Positions 10,302 to 21,300 of a stretch of DNA of 63,895 nucleotides are shown one piece after another. The DNA is from Diplonema japonicum (Eukaryota > Protista > Euglenozoa: Diplonemea). The position numbers and the translations under genes were made by a program. The DNA lies in assembly GCA_964019335.1 (NCBI GenBank), contig OZ025711.1, positions 248,001-311,895 of the forward strand, given 5' to 3'. Under the pieces are notes generated by a model. It did not search any database and was not told where the DNA came from. It saw nothing but the letters and a program-made list of their open reading frames with translations. Position 1 is the first letter of the stretch. The number at the start of each line of letters is the position of its first letter.

Positions 10302-13300
10302 CTAACGAAAAGGCTTCCTAGTGTTGGGGGGCCTCACTTTGCCCGGCGAGGGAATTGACCGTGAGTTGGGAGACTTGAGAGCGAGTCGCTTGCCTGATGG
10401 CTGAGAAGAAGAGGGCACCATGAGAGGGGCACCTGACTCACCGCACACAGACACCCAGCCTTTTACAGGGGCGATGACTCGTGCCCTGTTCCCGTAGATT
10501 TCGGACACTTCGATTAAGGTCGCTTGAGGGAGAACACCCACTTGACTTGATTCCAAGCCTATCTCTCCTCTGACGATAGATCCAGCACCGATGATACGCC
10601 ACTTCTCTGGCACACCTGGGGAAATGCTCCGGTACTGCTTCGCCACGTCTTGCACATAATCCTGCCGTAAGAGGGTTGGTTGAGCACGGTGAAGAGCGTC
10701 AGGGTGCGTAGGGGACACCGTCCTGACCTGTCTCATCCGCGGACTGTGGTACCTGCTTGCACTTGTACTCGCAGCCTCCCTCCCTCTAGGTGACCTCGCT
10801 TCGGTTGGGAATGCAGATCCCTCCCGTGGCGGGCTTACTGTTTTGCTGCAAAGATTCTTCTGGTCCTCGTGCACAACTTCAGCAGCCTGCAGCGAACTTG
10901 GTACAGGTACAGATACAGGCACAGCTACAGGTACATGCACTGACGGCGAAACGGGAGAGTCGCTTATCTGTACCGATGCAGAGGTGCTTGCCGGGGTGCC
11001 GGGTTCTGCCTTGTGCGGCATCAGCTGGATGGAACTCGAATGCACCTGTGGGGCTTTCTTCTGCTGGAACGCAAGAAGCTCTTTTTGCTGCGTCAGTTCA
11101 AAGTTCATCCGCGACTGCTGTACAGCTATCGTTTCTTCAAGCCGCCTCACTTGCCGTGTCAGCAAGCTGATCTCATTCTGTTGCGTGTCCTCAAGATGCT
11201 TGAGTTGCGTCGACAGTGTGGGCTTCATACGCGGCTCCGAGACCTCATCAAAGGGATGGGAGTAGTGTCCCTGGTTAGCAGCAGGCGGCAGGAATTCCGT
11301 TTCCGAGCCGGTCCAAGCATGCTCTCCGTCCTCCAAGGGCGCCATGAAAAAATCAACTCCTCCCTCGCCATCATTTGCCTGCTGTAGCAGCCACCCACCA
11401 GCAGCAGCCCTCACCCACACCAGGCCGTCAGCATCGGTGTGCCGGTCAACGACACTCAGTTCATCACCTGGTTGCACTTCCCCGATCTTCGGAGCCTGCT
11501 TGCTAGGCTTATTTCGCATAGTGTGGTAAAGTCCTTGCGTAACGCACTTGTAGCGTAAAGGCTCCTGTTCTGTGGGAATTGCGGGGGGGGGCATGTCCCG
11601 CCGTTGGTGAGGTCGCTCATGCTGCCAGCCATGAGGACTATGTTGATCGTGCACGTGGTGCCCGGCATGCAGCTGGTTGTGCTGCCCATGTCCTGCTCGG
11701 TGATGGGGGTAAGAATGCTGAAGTTGCTGCTCCTGTCCATCAGACTGGAGTCTTGCATTGTCATTTCTAAACCGGGTCTCATCTCTGCTTGCACTGTCTC
11801 TGTGTGTGTCATTTTCGTTCCGCGAGTTGTTTTGATGTCTTGCACTGTCGTTTAAGCGCCGTGAGCTGTCGTCCGGATGTCTCCTTACATCCTTTGTATA
11901 TGATGACTGCACCCGTGAACGCGCCTTACGTAGTGTGTCGCTCTCCAGCAGTTCACTGTCAACACGCTGGATGGAGTCCAGACCCCACGAGTCAGGATCG
12001 GCAGGCCTCTGTCTGTGTGAACCTTGCTTCGAAGGCGACACCGACTTCACGAACTTCTTCCGTAGCTTTGATTGCGAGCGAGATCTGGACCTTGTCCTGG
12101 TGTGGTCTTTACTCACCGTCGGCACGTTGCTTTCAATAGAGACCTGGCTGCGACTAGACCGTTTGTCGGTATTAGAGGGACCCCAAAAGGACCGTTTCAC
12201 AAAAGGGTCGATAATTTGTTTCTTCACAGCCGGCTTTGCAGCTTGCTTAGGTGTGTCAGGTTGCACTTTCTTCTCTTCTTGCTCTGAGGCCTTTGTCCGT
12301 GCTTGTGGTGTTCTAAGAAGTTCCGAACTGACGGACACCGCTGCTGTGCTGGGTATCTCTGTTGGGGTTACCTTTGGCACGGAAGCAGGATGGCCCTTCG
12401 GTGTTTCAGAGCGCTTGGCACCTACTGACTGTCTTCTTTTTGTGCTATGCGAAGCTTTCTTCTCGACGGCCTTCCCATCCATCCACCCCTCTAACTTGGC
12501 CAGCCGCTCCACTAGAGACATTGTCTCGCTTTGCTTCACCTTTCCTTTGAGAGCATTCTCTAGCGCTCGGACACGTGCTGCTAATTCTACAGACTCATCA
12601 GATCGAGGTGACCCCTGCCTGTGAGAACCTGATGGCTGTAACGGCTGTCCTTGCGGATGGAAGAGGTTCACCGCAACCTGTCCCTGTTGTCCGAGAGGAT
12701 CTTGTGGGTTCAATTGCTCTGCTTCTTTCAGTGGAGTAGGGGTGTATCCCCCTTGTGCTTGTGAGTTCTCGGCAGGATCTGGCTGCTGTGTTTGGAGGAC
12801 AAGAGACTGCGTAACGTCATGGTGCTGTGGCTGCTGTTGGGGTAGCTGTTGTTGGGGTAGCTGCGGTTGTTGTTGCTGATGATGCAGTTGCTGTTGTGGC
12901 TGCTGCAACTGCTGTGGGTGCTGTGCTTGTTGGGGATGCACTAGCTGTTGTGGCTGCTGTTGTAGGGGTTGTAACGGCGCGTGTGCCTGCTGGGTTGCGT
13001 CGATAATAGGCAGGATCTGCACCTGAGGTTGTGCATACATAAGCGGCGACAGCGGCACTTGAGTTGCCTCTGGTTGTGTTTGCGCCTGCACTGTTGCTTG
13101 AGTGTTCTGAGCCTTTAGGCGGCTCAGTTCAGCCGTTGCCGCTGCTACTTGTTTGGTTAGCTTCGTTGTGAGAGCACGCAACACAGTATCATCATCAAGC
13201 CCCTCTGATACAGGCATCTGGCGGCTTACGGTGTACCGCTGGCTGCTGTAGGGACTCTCCGCCCTAGGGCTGCGCGGTGGAGAACTGGCATGATAATTTT

Positions 13301-14009
13301 TGAAGTTCGCAGCCTCCTGAAAGAGGGGCCCACGCTCAGGCTCCTTTTGCTCCCTGACCCCGTGTGTCCCGTTGTCGTTCATATTGGTCATGAACCCTGC
13401 TATGGTCTTCTCTAATACCTCCAGCTTCTTCATTGCGGAGGCTGAGGAGTTTTCGTACAACTCACGCCGAAGGCGTTCGATCTCCTGCTGTTTATTGTGC
13501 AGGTCTTCGACCATGGAGGGCTCGTTGCCGCCGCTGTCGTAGCAGAAGGAGATGGTGGGCGGGGGAGTCCAGTCAGTGGGAGGCGTTAGCCACAGGTATC
13601 TGGAGAGCTGCTCCGGCGAAGAAATATTGCGCAGTGGCAGCGATTTATTAACATTTCTGCGGTACACGATGCACAGTACCTCGACGAAGTGCTTGGCATC
13701 TGCCTCCGTCATGTGCAATCGGACGTCGAACTCGGAGGGCACCCTGAGCCCGAGAATGGTACCTGCTTCGATTATCTCTTCGATGCTGCTCACGCTCACG
13801 CACCTCACTATCTCACCAGCAACACTATACAAGTACAGCGCCTTGTCGCTAACTAGCACAAGCACCTGTGGATCTATCCCCACCGCTGCAAAGTGCACCA
13901 AAGCACCCCCATCCTTCGCTAATAACCACTTAATCCCTGCAAACTCATCGGGTAGATCGGCCGCTCTTATTATGGACAGAGCTTTGGGGCTGAGGTTCCC
14001 TCCCTCCAT
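10302..14009 (-). CDS. 1235-aa protein: N-terminal PH-like domain, coiled coils, Q/P-rich tract, two SH3b-like modules
   Basis: Long ORF co-oriented with neighbours. VLVLVSDKALYLYSVAGEIVRCV (PH-like); poly-Q tract; MRNKPSKQAPKIGEVQPGDELSV...WVR..GGWL and VRGEIGLESSQVGVLPQATLIEV...RARVIAPVKGWVS (SH3b-like). Confidence 0.8.
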   Translation of the reverse strand: MEGGNLSPKALSIIRAADLPDEFAGIKWLLAKDGGALVHFAAVGIDPQVLVLVSDKALYLYSVAGEIVRCVSVSSIEEIIEAGTILGLRVPSEFDVRLHMTEADAKHFVEVLCIVYRRNVNKSLPLRNISSPEQLSRYLWLTPPTDWTPPPTISFCYDSGGNEPSMVEDLHNKQQEIERLRRELYENSSASAMKKLEVLEKTIAGFMTNMNDNGTHGVREQKEPERGPLFQEAANFKNYHASSPPRSPRAESPYSSQRYTVSRQMPVSEGLDDDTVLRALTTKLTKQVAAATAELSRLKAQNTQATVQAQTQPEATQVPLSPLMYAQPQVQILPIIDATQQAHAPLQPLQQQPQQLVHPQQAQHPQQLQQPQQQLHHQQQQPQLPQQQLPQQQPQHHDVTQSLVLQTQQPDPAENSQAQGGYTPTPLKEAEQLNPQDPLGQQGQVAVNLFHPQGQPLQPSGSHRQGSPRSDESVELAARVRALENALKGKVKQSETMSLVERLAKLEGWMDGKAVEKKASHSTKRRQSVGAKRSETPKGHPASVPKVTPTEIPSTAAVSVSSELLRTPQARTKASEQEEKKVQPDTPKQAAKPAVKKQIIDPFVKRSFWGPSNTDKRSSRSQVSIESNVPTVSKDHTRTRSRSRSQSKLRKKFVKSVSPSKQGSHRQRPADPDSWGLDSIQRVDSELLESDTLRKARSRVQSSYTKDVRRHPDDSSRRLNDSARHQNNSRNENDTHRDSASRDETRFRNDNARLQSDGQEQQLQHSYPHHRAGHGQHNQLHAGHHVHDQHSPHGWQHERPHQRRDMPPPAIPTEQEPLRYKCVTQGLYHTMRNKPSKQAPKIGEVQPGDELSVVDRHTDADGLVWVRAAAGGWLLQQANDGEGGVDFFMAPLEDGEHAWTGSETEFLPPAANQGHYSHPFDEVSEPRMKPTLSTQLKHLEDTQQNEISLLTRQVRRLEETIAVQQSRMNFELTQQKELLAFQQKKAPQVHSSSIQLMPHKAEPGTPASTSASVQISDSPVSPSVHVPVAVPVSVPVPSSLQAAEVVHEDQKNLCSKTVSPPREGSAFPTEARSPRGREAASTSASRYHSPRMRQVRTVSPTHPDALHRAQPTLLRQDYVQDVAKQYRSISPGVPEKWRIIGAGSIVRGEIGLESSQVGVLPQATLIEVSEIYGNRARVIAPVKGWVSVCGESGAPLMVPSSSQPSGKRLALKSPNSRSIPSPGKVRPPNTRKPFR

Positions 14010-14142
14010 CCCATAAACGGGGGGGTCCTGTGAGGTGATTAAAACTACATATGCAAAACAACTAAATAAAAGGAATCTTTTGTCAGTAACAGTCTAAACA
14101 CTCATATCGTAACGCGAAAGGATTTCCTGTATATGTAGTGTG

Positions 14143-15249
14143 TTATGGTTTTCTTTTTTTGTTGGTTTTGGACCAAGGTGATACCCTTCGTTTCTGGTCT
14201 TCCATTGAATTGAGGGGGTCGGCAGGCACCACGTAGTCCGAGATGAGCTCGTTGAGCCATCGAAGGAGGATGGTGTGTGCGAATTGCATGGTCTGCCCAT
14301 CAGTTTTGAAGAGGTCGTGTTTAGCATGCGGAATATCGATGATGGTTTTGTTCTCCGAACCCAGCTTGTCTGCCACTGCCTCGCCTACTGCTGGAGGGGA
14401 CAGGGTATCTTCAGCACCGGTCATAATGAAGTTGGGCACAGTGATGTTTGGAAGGATGGCCTCCGCCTGCTTCGACAGTTTCTTCAGCACATTGATGGTG
14501 GCGGGGGGAAGCGAGGTCTTTGCGATCACGGTGTCCTTCTCCCAGTCTACTACTTCCTGCACGTCTTCGAACATTGCAGACGGATCAGGCTCCATCCCCA
14601 TCACTTTGCTGTATGGGAAATATCTAAGCATGAATTCCTCTGCTAACCTGTACTTGGCATACCCCGACAGAGGAGGCACGTGACCAATCCACGGAGCTGC
14701 GAAGACATTTCCCTGCAGACCGTGTTTCTTCTCGCTGTCCATCTCGACTCTGTCTGCAATGAACCTTGCTACGATAGGCGCACCCATACCATGTCCCATG
14801 GTGAAGACAGGGATCTTCGGTGCGATTGGTGGCTCCGGGTCCCAAGGGTTCACCTTCTCCTTTAAGACCTTTGAGAGGCCGTATCTTGGGTCGGCGCCTT
14901 TGACAGTGTAGAACTGCATCACCCGTGTAGTCAGCTTGTCAAAGTCAGCCACCAACTGTTCCTCACTTCTCACGCTATAATGGTGGTCTGTGTACATGGA
15001 CTTCTCTGAGTACTGCATCACGCTCTCCGACTTCCCCCACCCCTGCGTGTCCGCCGCGATCAACGCCACACCGTTCGCCGCAAGAAAACCCCCTAGCCTA
15101 TCCAACCGCCCACTGTAGTCCCCATAATGATGCGAAACTACCAACGCCGCCTTCTCTGCCTTCTCAGCAGGCCTCCATGACATGGCCTGGAGCAGCAGCT
15201 TCCTCGAAGCTGACATGAAGAACGCCTCATTTTTCACAACCCGCGACAT
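14143..15249 (-). CDS. Alpha/beta hydrolase (monoacylglycerol lipase/Hydrolase_4-like), probably catalytically inactive
   Basis: LVVSHHYGDYSGR, AADTQGWGKS, PVFTMGHGMGA (GHSMG with Ser->Gly), IMTGAEDTLS and AKHDLF. Confidence 0.85.
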   Translation of the reverse strand: MSRVVKNEAFFMSASRKLLLQAMSWRPAEKAEKAALVVSHHYGDYSGRLDRLGGFLAANGVALIAADTQGWGKSESVMQYSEKSMYTDHHYSVRSEEQLVADFDKLTTRVMQFYTVKGADPRYGLSKVLKEKVNPWDPEPPIAPKIPVFTMGHGMGAPIVARFIADRVEMDSEKKHGLQGNVFAAPWIGHVPPLSGYAKYRLAEEFMLRYFPYSKVMGMEPDPSAMFEDVQEVVDWEKDTVIAKTSLPPATINVLKKLSKQAEAILPNITVPNFIMTGAEDTLSPPAVGEAVADKLGSENKTIIDIPHAKHDLFKTDGQTMQFAHTILLRWLNELISDYVVPADPLNSMEDQKRRVSPWSKTNKKRKP

Positions 15250-15313
15250 GTTGAGGCTGCTGTAAAGTTTAGAAAAGGGAACTGCAAGGGTGAAAAAGAG
15301 AAAAAAAAACTGG

Positions 15314-18300
15314 TTAAGTCAATACTAAACAAACACCACATGCAAGAGCATCGGAAGAGTTTGCACATGGAAGGGGTAGAGTGTAATCAACTGCGCCCTG
15401 GTAGCTGGCAGTCCTGAACACAGGGCTATTATATGATCTGACAAATTGAGCAATCCCCGGACGGAGATGGACTGCTGGGAAAGGAGCATAGGCCTCTGAG
15501 TCGGCGACAACTGCGCCGCCCTCCCACCTGCCAGAGGCAAGGGACAACCCATAGATGTAGAATCCATCATCAGGATACCCGTCGATGTTTTCCCCCTCCG
15601 TTTCTTCCAGAACAAGTAAACTCATTTCCACACGCTGCACACACAGGTCCTTCTCCAGCGAGGCAATCAACACCACAGTGGTGAGGAATTCTTTAGGGCG
15701 CATGAAGGCAGACAACCAATATGCAGGCGGGGGGCCTTGATGCACCCACTCATGGAACCATCTTAACTTATACTTCAAATCGAGCAGCCATGCCCCCAGT
15801 GCCAGCTCTGTCGGGTACGAACGCTTCACCCACTCCTCTGGGACCCTTCCGTGTTCGAAGTGTTCCCGGGTCACAGAGTCAGGGCACTTGAAGTCCGCCA
15901 ATACGAGCGAAGTAAGCTTATTGTACGCCGCCACTTCCGACAATAGGCATTTCAACATGGGGTGCGGGAGAGTATGCGTCGCTGCTTCCAGCGGCAACGA
16001 GGTGTCAGGGTGCATTTTTTGTATCTCCAAAATGGGTGTGTCGTGTGCGTTATGCGACACGACAGACCTGTTGTCAGAAGGCTGCACAAATGACACAAGT
16101 GGCACCAATCCCTGCAGCATGTCCTCTGCCGTGTCCTCCACAGGCTCGCGGCTATCCACTGCAACGATAGTACGTGCAATCCTCTCGACCAGCCACGGGA
16201 AGGTCTCTGTGCTGCTGAAGACACTCGACATTATACTCACGTAGTCATTAATTGTAGGCGACATTAAGACGAGCGTGTCAAAAGCCATGTGCAGGTGCGA
16301 GCTGCCCCATTCTTTGATGGATGCGAGACCGCTGAGCAAAGAATGCACCATGCATAATTTGTTCGTCGCAGACTGAAGCTCTCGAGAGTCCGTCAGGGGC
16401 CTCGTTTCGAAGGAGCTGACGAGGGACCCCTGCACAGTGGTAGGCTTGTCGAAGGCACACTTCAAACTAGCTGCCACGAACGACGGGGGAATAATAGTAA
16501 GAGGGGCATGGATCCACATCAGAAAGCCGTTGTCGACATCGGACTGGAGCAGCTCGTTCAAGAGAGCAGTGAGGAGGTCAGGGGCGTGTTCGCAGTCGAG
16601 CAGCAGGAACCAAGTCCCGAGGTGCATGGCACATTGTAACTTTTGATAGATCTCTTTATGCTGCTCTGATGCCACTGCTATACTGAGACCTTCTAGTTGG
16701 TTGGCTTGCATGCCAAGCTTCTGTATCATACGAGTAGGGTGGATGCCGTCCACGTCGGCAGGCACGATAATAGGCACCTTGGGCAACGCGTGGGTCAGCA
16801 CCGTGGGAATGGGGTTCGCACGAACAATAGGATACAGCTGCTCTACTGCGCCGTAGAGCAAGCTGGGCGAAAGTGCGCTCATGATTAGCAGTTTCTGGAA
16901 GCCTTCGAGAGGTGAACTCTCCATCACCCAGCTGCCTGCCTCCTCGATTGTGTTGAAGTGCTGATCACATATTCTTACTATCTCAGGCACACGCGAAGCT
17001 GGGAGTGCACGGTTGATGGCATCCAATGCTTTGTCGAGGTTCTTCGATACTACAGGGCGTTGGATAAAGCGCATTTCTTCAGCGCTGAGCGTGCATTCTT
17101 GGACTGCTCCACGCATGCTGTGCTGCAGCACAAATGCGGCTCTCTTCATTCTCGACAACCCAGCACAGAACAGGGGAAGCATGTCGGGCTTGTCCCCCCC
17201 GAGAATGAGAAACTGCTCCATCGAGAAAAACATGGGGCTACGCACACCGTGCTCTGCGCACCACTCGCAGATCTCAGAAAGCACACTCACCACCTCCGCT
17301 GAAGGCACGTATTGTTCTCGCAGCAGCAACAGCCTCTTTAGAATGTTCATCCCTTCCTTCTTGTCGTGATCGGCGAGGTCCATCGCCACTTTGTTCGTCC
17401 TGATTTCAACGGCTAGTGTCGGGTGGTCGGTGGCAGAGCCCTCAATGCCGGAGATGATTTCCAGCAGTTCTTCGAGCAGTGTTTCTTTGATGGCGTTCTG
17501 AGAGCTTATGTTCGCAAGGGTCTGCACCAAATCAGCAGCGAGCTGTGGGTCTCTAAGCAGCGTGGTGCCAAACGTAAGACACGACCCTAGCCCCTCGTGA
17601 GCACTGAAGTCGATGGTGTTCACCAACGGATGATATAATGGTGTGAGGGATGTGAGCAGCAGCTTGAATCCCTTTGCCGCCGTCTCGCTGTCTCGAAGAA
17701 GGCTAAGGATTTGGCTAGTGAACTCTTCAACCCCCTCGATGATTAGCACGGAGCCACTCCGCACAGCTTCGTTAATGGTGTCAACGTTGATGGGCTTGCA
17801 TATGATGGCGTCGTGGTGCGTGTTCTGCACCCACAGCAATGCGCAGCCATGTGGGTCCACCAACAGCGGCGGAAGCTTTGAAGCCATCATGAAACTTGCT
17901 GACTGGAAGCTGTGGATGTCTGAGGGAAGAGAGTTGGTCTCCCACACCTGCCGCTCCTCGCTATTGGGTGTGCGTGGTATCCATTCCCAGCTGTCGTCTG
18001 TAGGCAGTGCTAGGTTCTCTCTGAGCTTCCTGAACAGCTGCACACGTCCTTTTCTGTCCAGAGGGGGCGCGTAGATCGTTGCAGCCATGTCCAAGAGCCC
18101 TTCCTTTATATCTTTTACTCGCTGCTGCATGACCATTGCTTCCTCTCGCCACATTTCTAGCCTATCTGACACAGCGTCCGTAAACACCGACGCCCTTTCA
18201 ACAACACACTCAGCCTTGAGCCGCTTATCTTGTGCATTCAAGTATTCCTTTGTGGTATTCTTGTGGTCTGCGTTTAGATTGGTCATCGCAGTTTCTAGAG

Positions 18301-21300
18301 CACTGTGCTCTTGTTTGCTTTTTAGCAGCGAAGTCTGTAACTCTTCTACTGCAGTTTTCATTTTGTCAAACGCTTGTTGCTTGGGTATCAATCTGTGATA
18401 CACCTCGGCAACATTGTGGACTGCCCTCACCCACTGGCACAAGTGCGCCGACACAGGGTTGAGGATACGAATCACGGCAGGTTGGAAGTCTGAGCTGTTG
18501 ATGACAGATTTGCACTTTGCAATAACGTGTTCAAAATTGGCTTCGATGTTGTAGTTTGCAAGCTTATCATAAATCCTGTCGGCAAGGAGCCTCTTGGCGG
18601 TGTCCCAGGAGGGCTTCAGCTCTAGCACATGCAGCACACTCTCCATGACCATGGCTACCTTCGGTAAGGGCGATTTGATAATAAGTAGTTCGTCGATATC
18701 CTTCTTTGTGATGCTTTTGATGTTTTCCAGTGCCACAGTCACAGCAGGCGTGCACTTCCCCAGCATCTGCTGGATGGAATCGCCCGCTGACACCACCCCG
18801 TCCTGCAGTTCGTTCAACCGTTCCTCCTGCTCGGATACCCTCAAGGCAGCCTCTGTGGTGGCCTGTGTGTCACGTTGTACCATCCTCGAAAAGTTATCGT
18901 TTTTATCGGCCAGCCCCTCCAAACTGGGAAGCAGGTCAGACAGCTCTTGCATGCGCTGCTTTTTCAGTTCTATCATTTCCTCTATCTGCACCACCGACCG
19001 AAGCCGCTTCTCTATCTTTTCTCGCAAAGTGTCTTCTTCATCTTGCGTGATACTCTCCACCAGTTTGGTGATATGCGTCATAGAGTAAACAATGTCATGA
19101 TTGTACTCGGTGGCAACAAAGACTGCGCCCATGTGCACCTGTGCAGCATATCTTGCGATGACCCTCAGCTCTTCTTTGTCCTTCGAAGGGTTGTTTTCTT
19201 TCAGCGTAACCATAGCTATATCAACTAGCGTGTCATGACCTTTGTGTGAGATGTAGCAGTGGCTGGCGGTGTTCACAACGGGAAGCATCATCTTGCGCAC
19301 GGTGTTCATCACAGGAGGCGAACAGAGAACCACCAAATGTAAATTGGACAGGCAGCCTTCTCTCACAGTTTCCATGAGCCCGACTGCTTTGTTTGATTTG
19401 TGCACGGAGTTGAGTCGAGCGAGATCAGTTGTGAATGAAGGTGTGAACAGGGACTGGGGAAGGTTACCGCCGATGAGAGACAGTGTCATGAAGACGACCT
19501 CGTAGACAGGGTTCCCTTCAGACAAGTCGCTCATGCTGTCCAAGTCGATGACAAGAGAGGACTTCTGCCATTCACATGCCGCCAACGACACGGCATCACA
19601 GAGGCCTTTCACAGTAGGAGTATGGATGAGCCTTGCTTGCACATAAGCAGCAGCCACGGAAAGCGACATTTTTCGGCCCGACCCACTATGTCCCTGAAGC
19701 AGCAAGGCACCTCCCGGCATGCTGAGAACCCTGGCAATACGTAGGCATAGCGCGATACTTTCTGTATTGAGGGACTCGTTGGGTGCGCAGCTCTCGAAAG
19801 GGTTCGCGCCGTGTTCGATCTCCACTATGGAGTCTATTCCGTAGTGCAGCAGCGGTGGGTGCTTGTGGCAGTGTGATTCGAACAACTGCATCAACGTCCC
19901 ATGACACCACTCACGGTCCTCCTCCGTGGTGAGCCTGTCTTCAAAGGTCCTGTGCATTTCGTGGTTCCACAGTGAATACAAATCATCTAACTTCACAAGG
20001 CTCGTGGTATTAAGCCCCAACCCCGCCACAGCCTGCACAACAGTGCTGAACGAGAACGCGTACCGTCCTTTTACCTCTTCTGAGAAGCACATATCCACCG
20101 CTTCCAGCATACCTATCCCCACAGCAACGCACCCATCGATGCCGGATACAAGGCGCTCGTGTGACGGCACTTCTTGCATCTTGCCCTCGAGGAGGGCTTT
20201 CAAGATCACCTTCTGTCTATTTGTTGAGACGGGCAGCTTCAACACAAGGCAGTTATGAAAAAGTCGTGCAGCAATCTTCGAGAGCTTGTCGGCGCGTGCC
20301 GTTGCTATGACGGCAGTTTTGGTGTCAAAGGCTGTACTTTGGTTGTAATATTTCTTGTGGCAGACAAGTTGTCGCAGCCACTCCGAGCACATGGGGCTAG
20401 TGGGGAGGTGCAGGTCGTCAATGCAGAACGTAACTGCCTTGCCAGGCACCAGTGTCTCGTGCGACAAGACGGACAGCCGTTGATATGTGCCCGAGACGAG
20501 ACTTGTTACCTGGTGCAGTGTAGCAGACTTGCCACAAGCACCCTTCCCGCTGAGTATCACACTATGCCCAGCATCTGCCATGGTGGCGCTTAGCTTGACA
20601 GCCGCGCACGTAGCATCATCTTGGATGAAGGGCAGCGGTGTGCTGGCCTCCTTCACAGACCACGGTACCCACTCTTGTGTTTCTATGTTGGGTTCAACAG
20701 CAAAGTAGTTTCCAGGGGGTTTTATCATCAACGCTTTGCACAATTCATCCAGGTTCTCGTGCCGGGTTGCCTCCTGGTCGCCAATGCTCCAAATGCATGC
20801 ATGTACCAAGAGCATAATGTATGTATCAGTCGTAGCTGGTTGGTGTGTCTGTACCAAGGCATCGAACAGGCGGAACATAGCTGTCGTTGCACTGCACGAT
20901 ACATAATAAGTTCCCACCCACTTGAGGAGTGCTGCTTCACACCTTGATGGGTCTACCCAGCCTGTGTACATTACGCTCTTGAAGTACTTGATGACGACAA
21001 GCTTGCAATCCAACTGTTCTTCTCCCAGGTAGACCAGCACCAGCTTCGATACCACTGCAGGGGTAAGCGAGGACAAGGAGTCAGTTTCCAACAGCAGCTG
21101 AACATCTGGGGGGATCTTCATCACGTCGTTGTCTGCCAACCGCATGCTGCGGTCCCTGTTGAGGAGGCAGCTTGTGGTGTCGAACCACGGTCCCATCGGC
21201 GAGTCGAACACAATGATCGTCGGCACTGTGCTGGATTGTACGACTGCTGGCACGATGCCAGGGAGCCACCCATGCTGTGCGTCGTATGCCCCATACAGCT

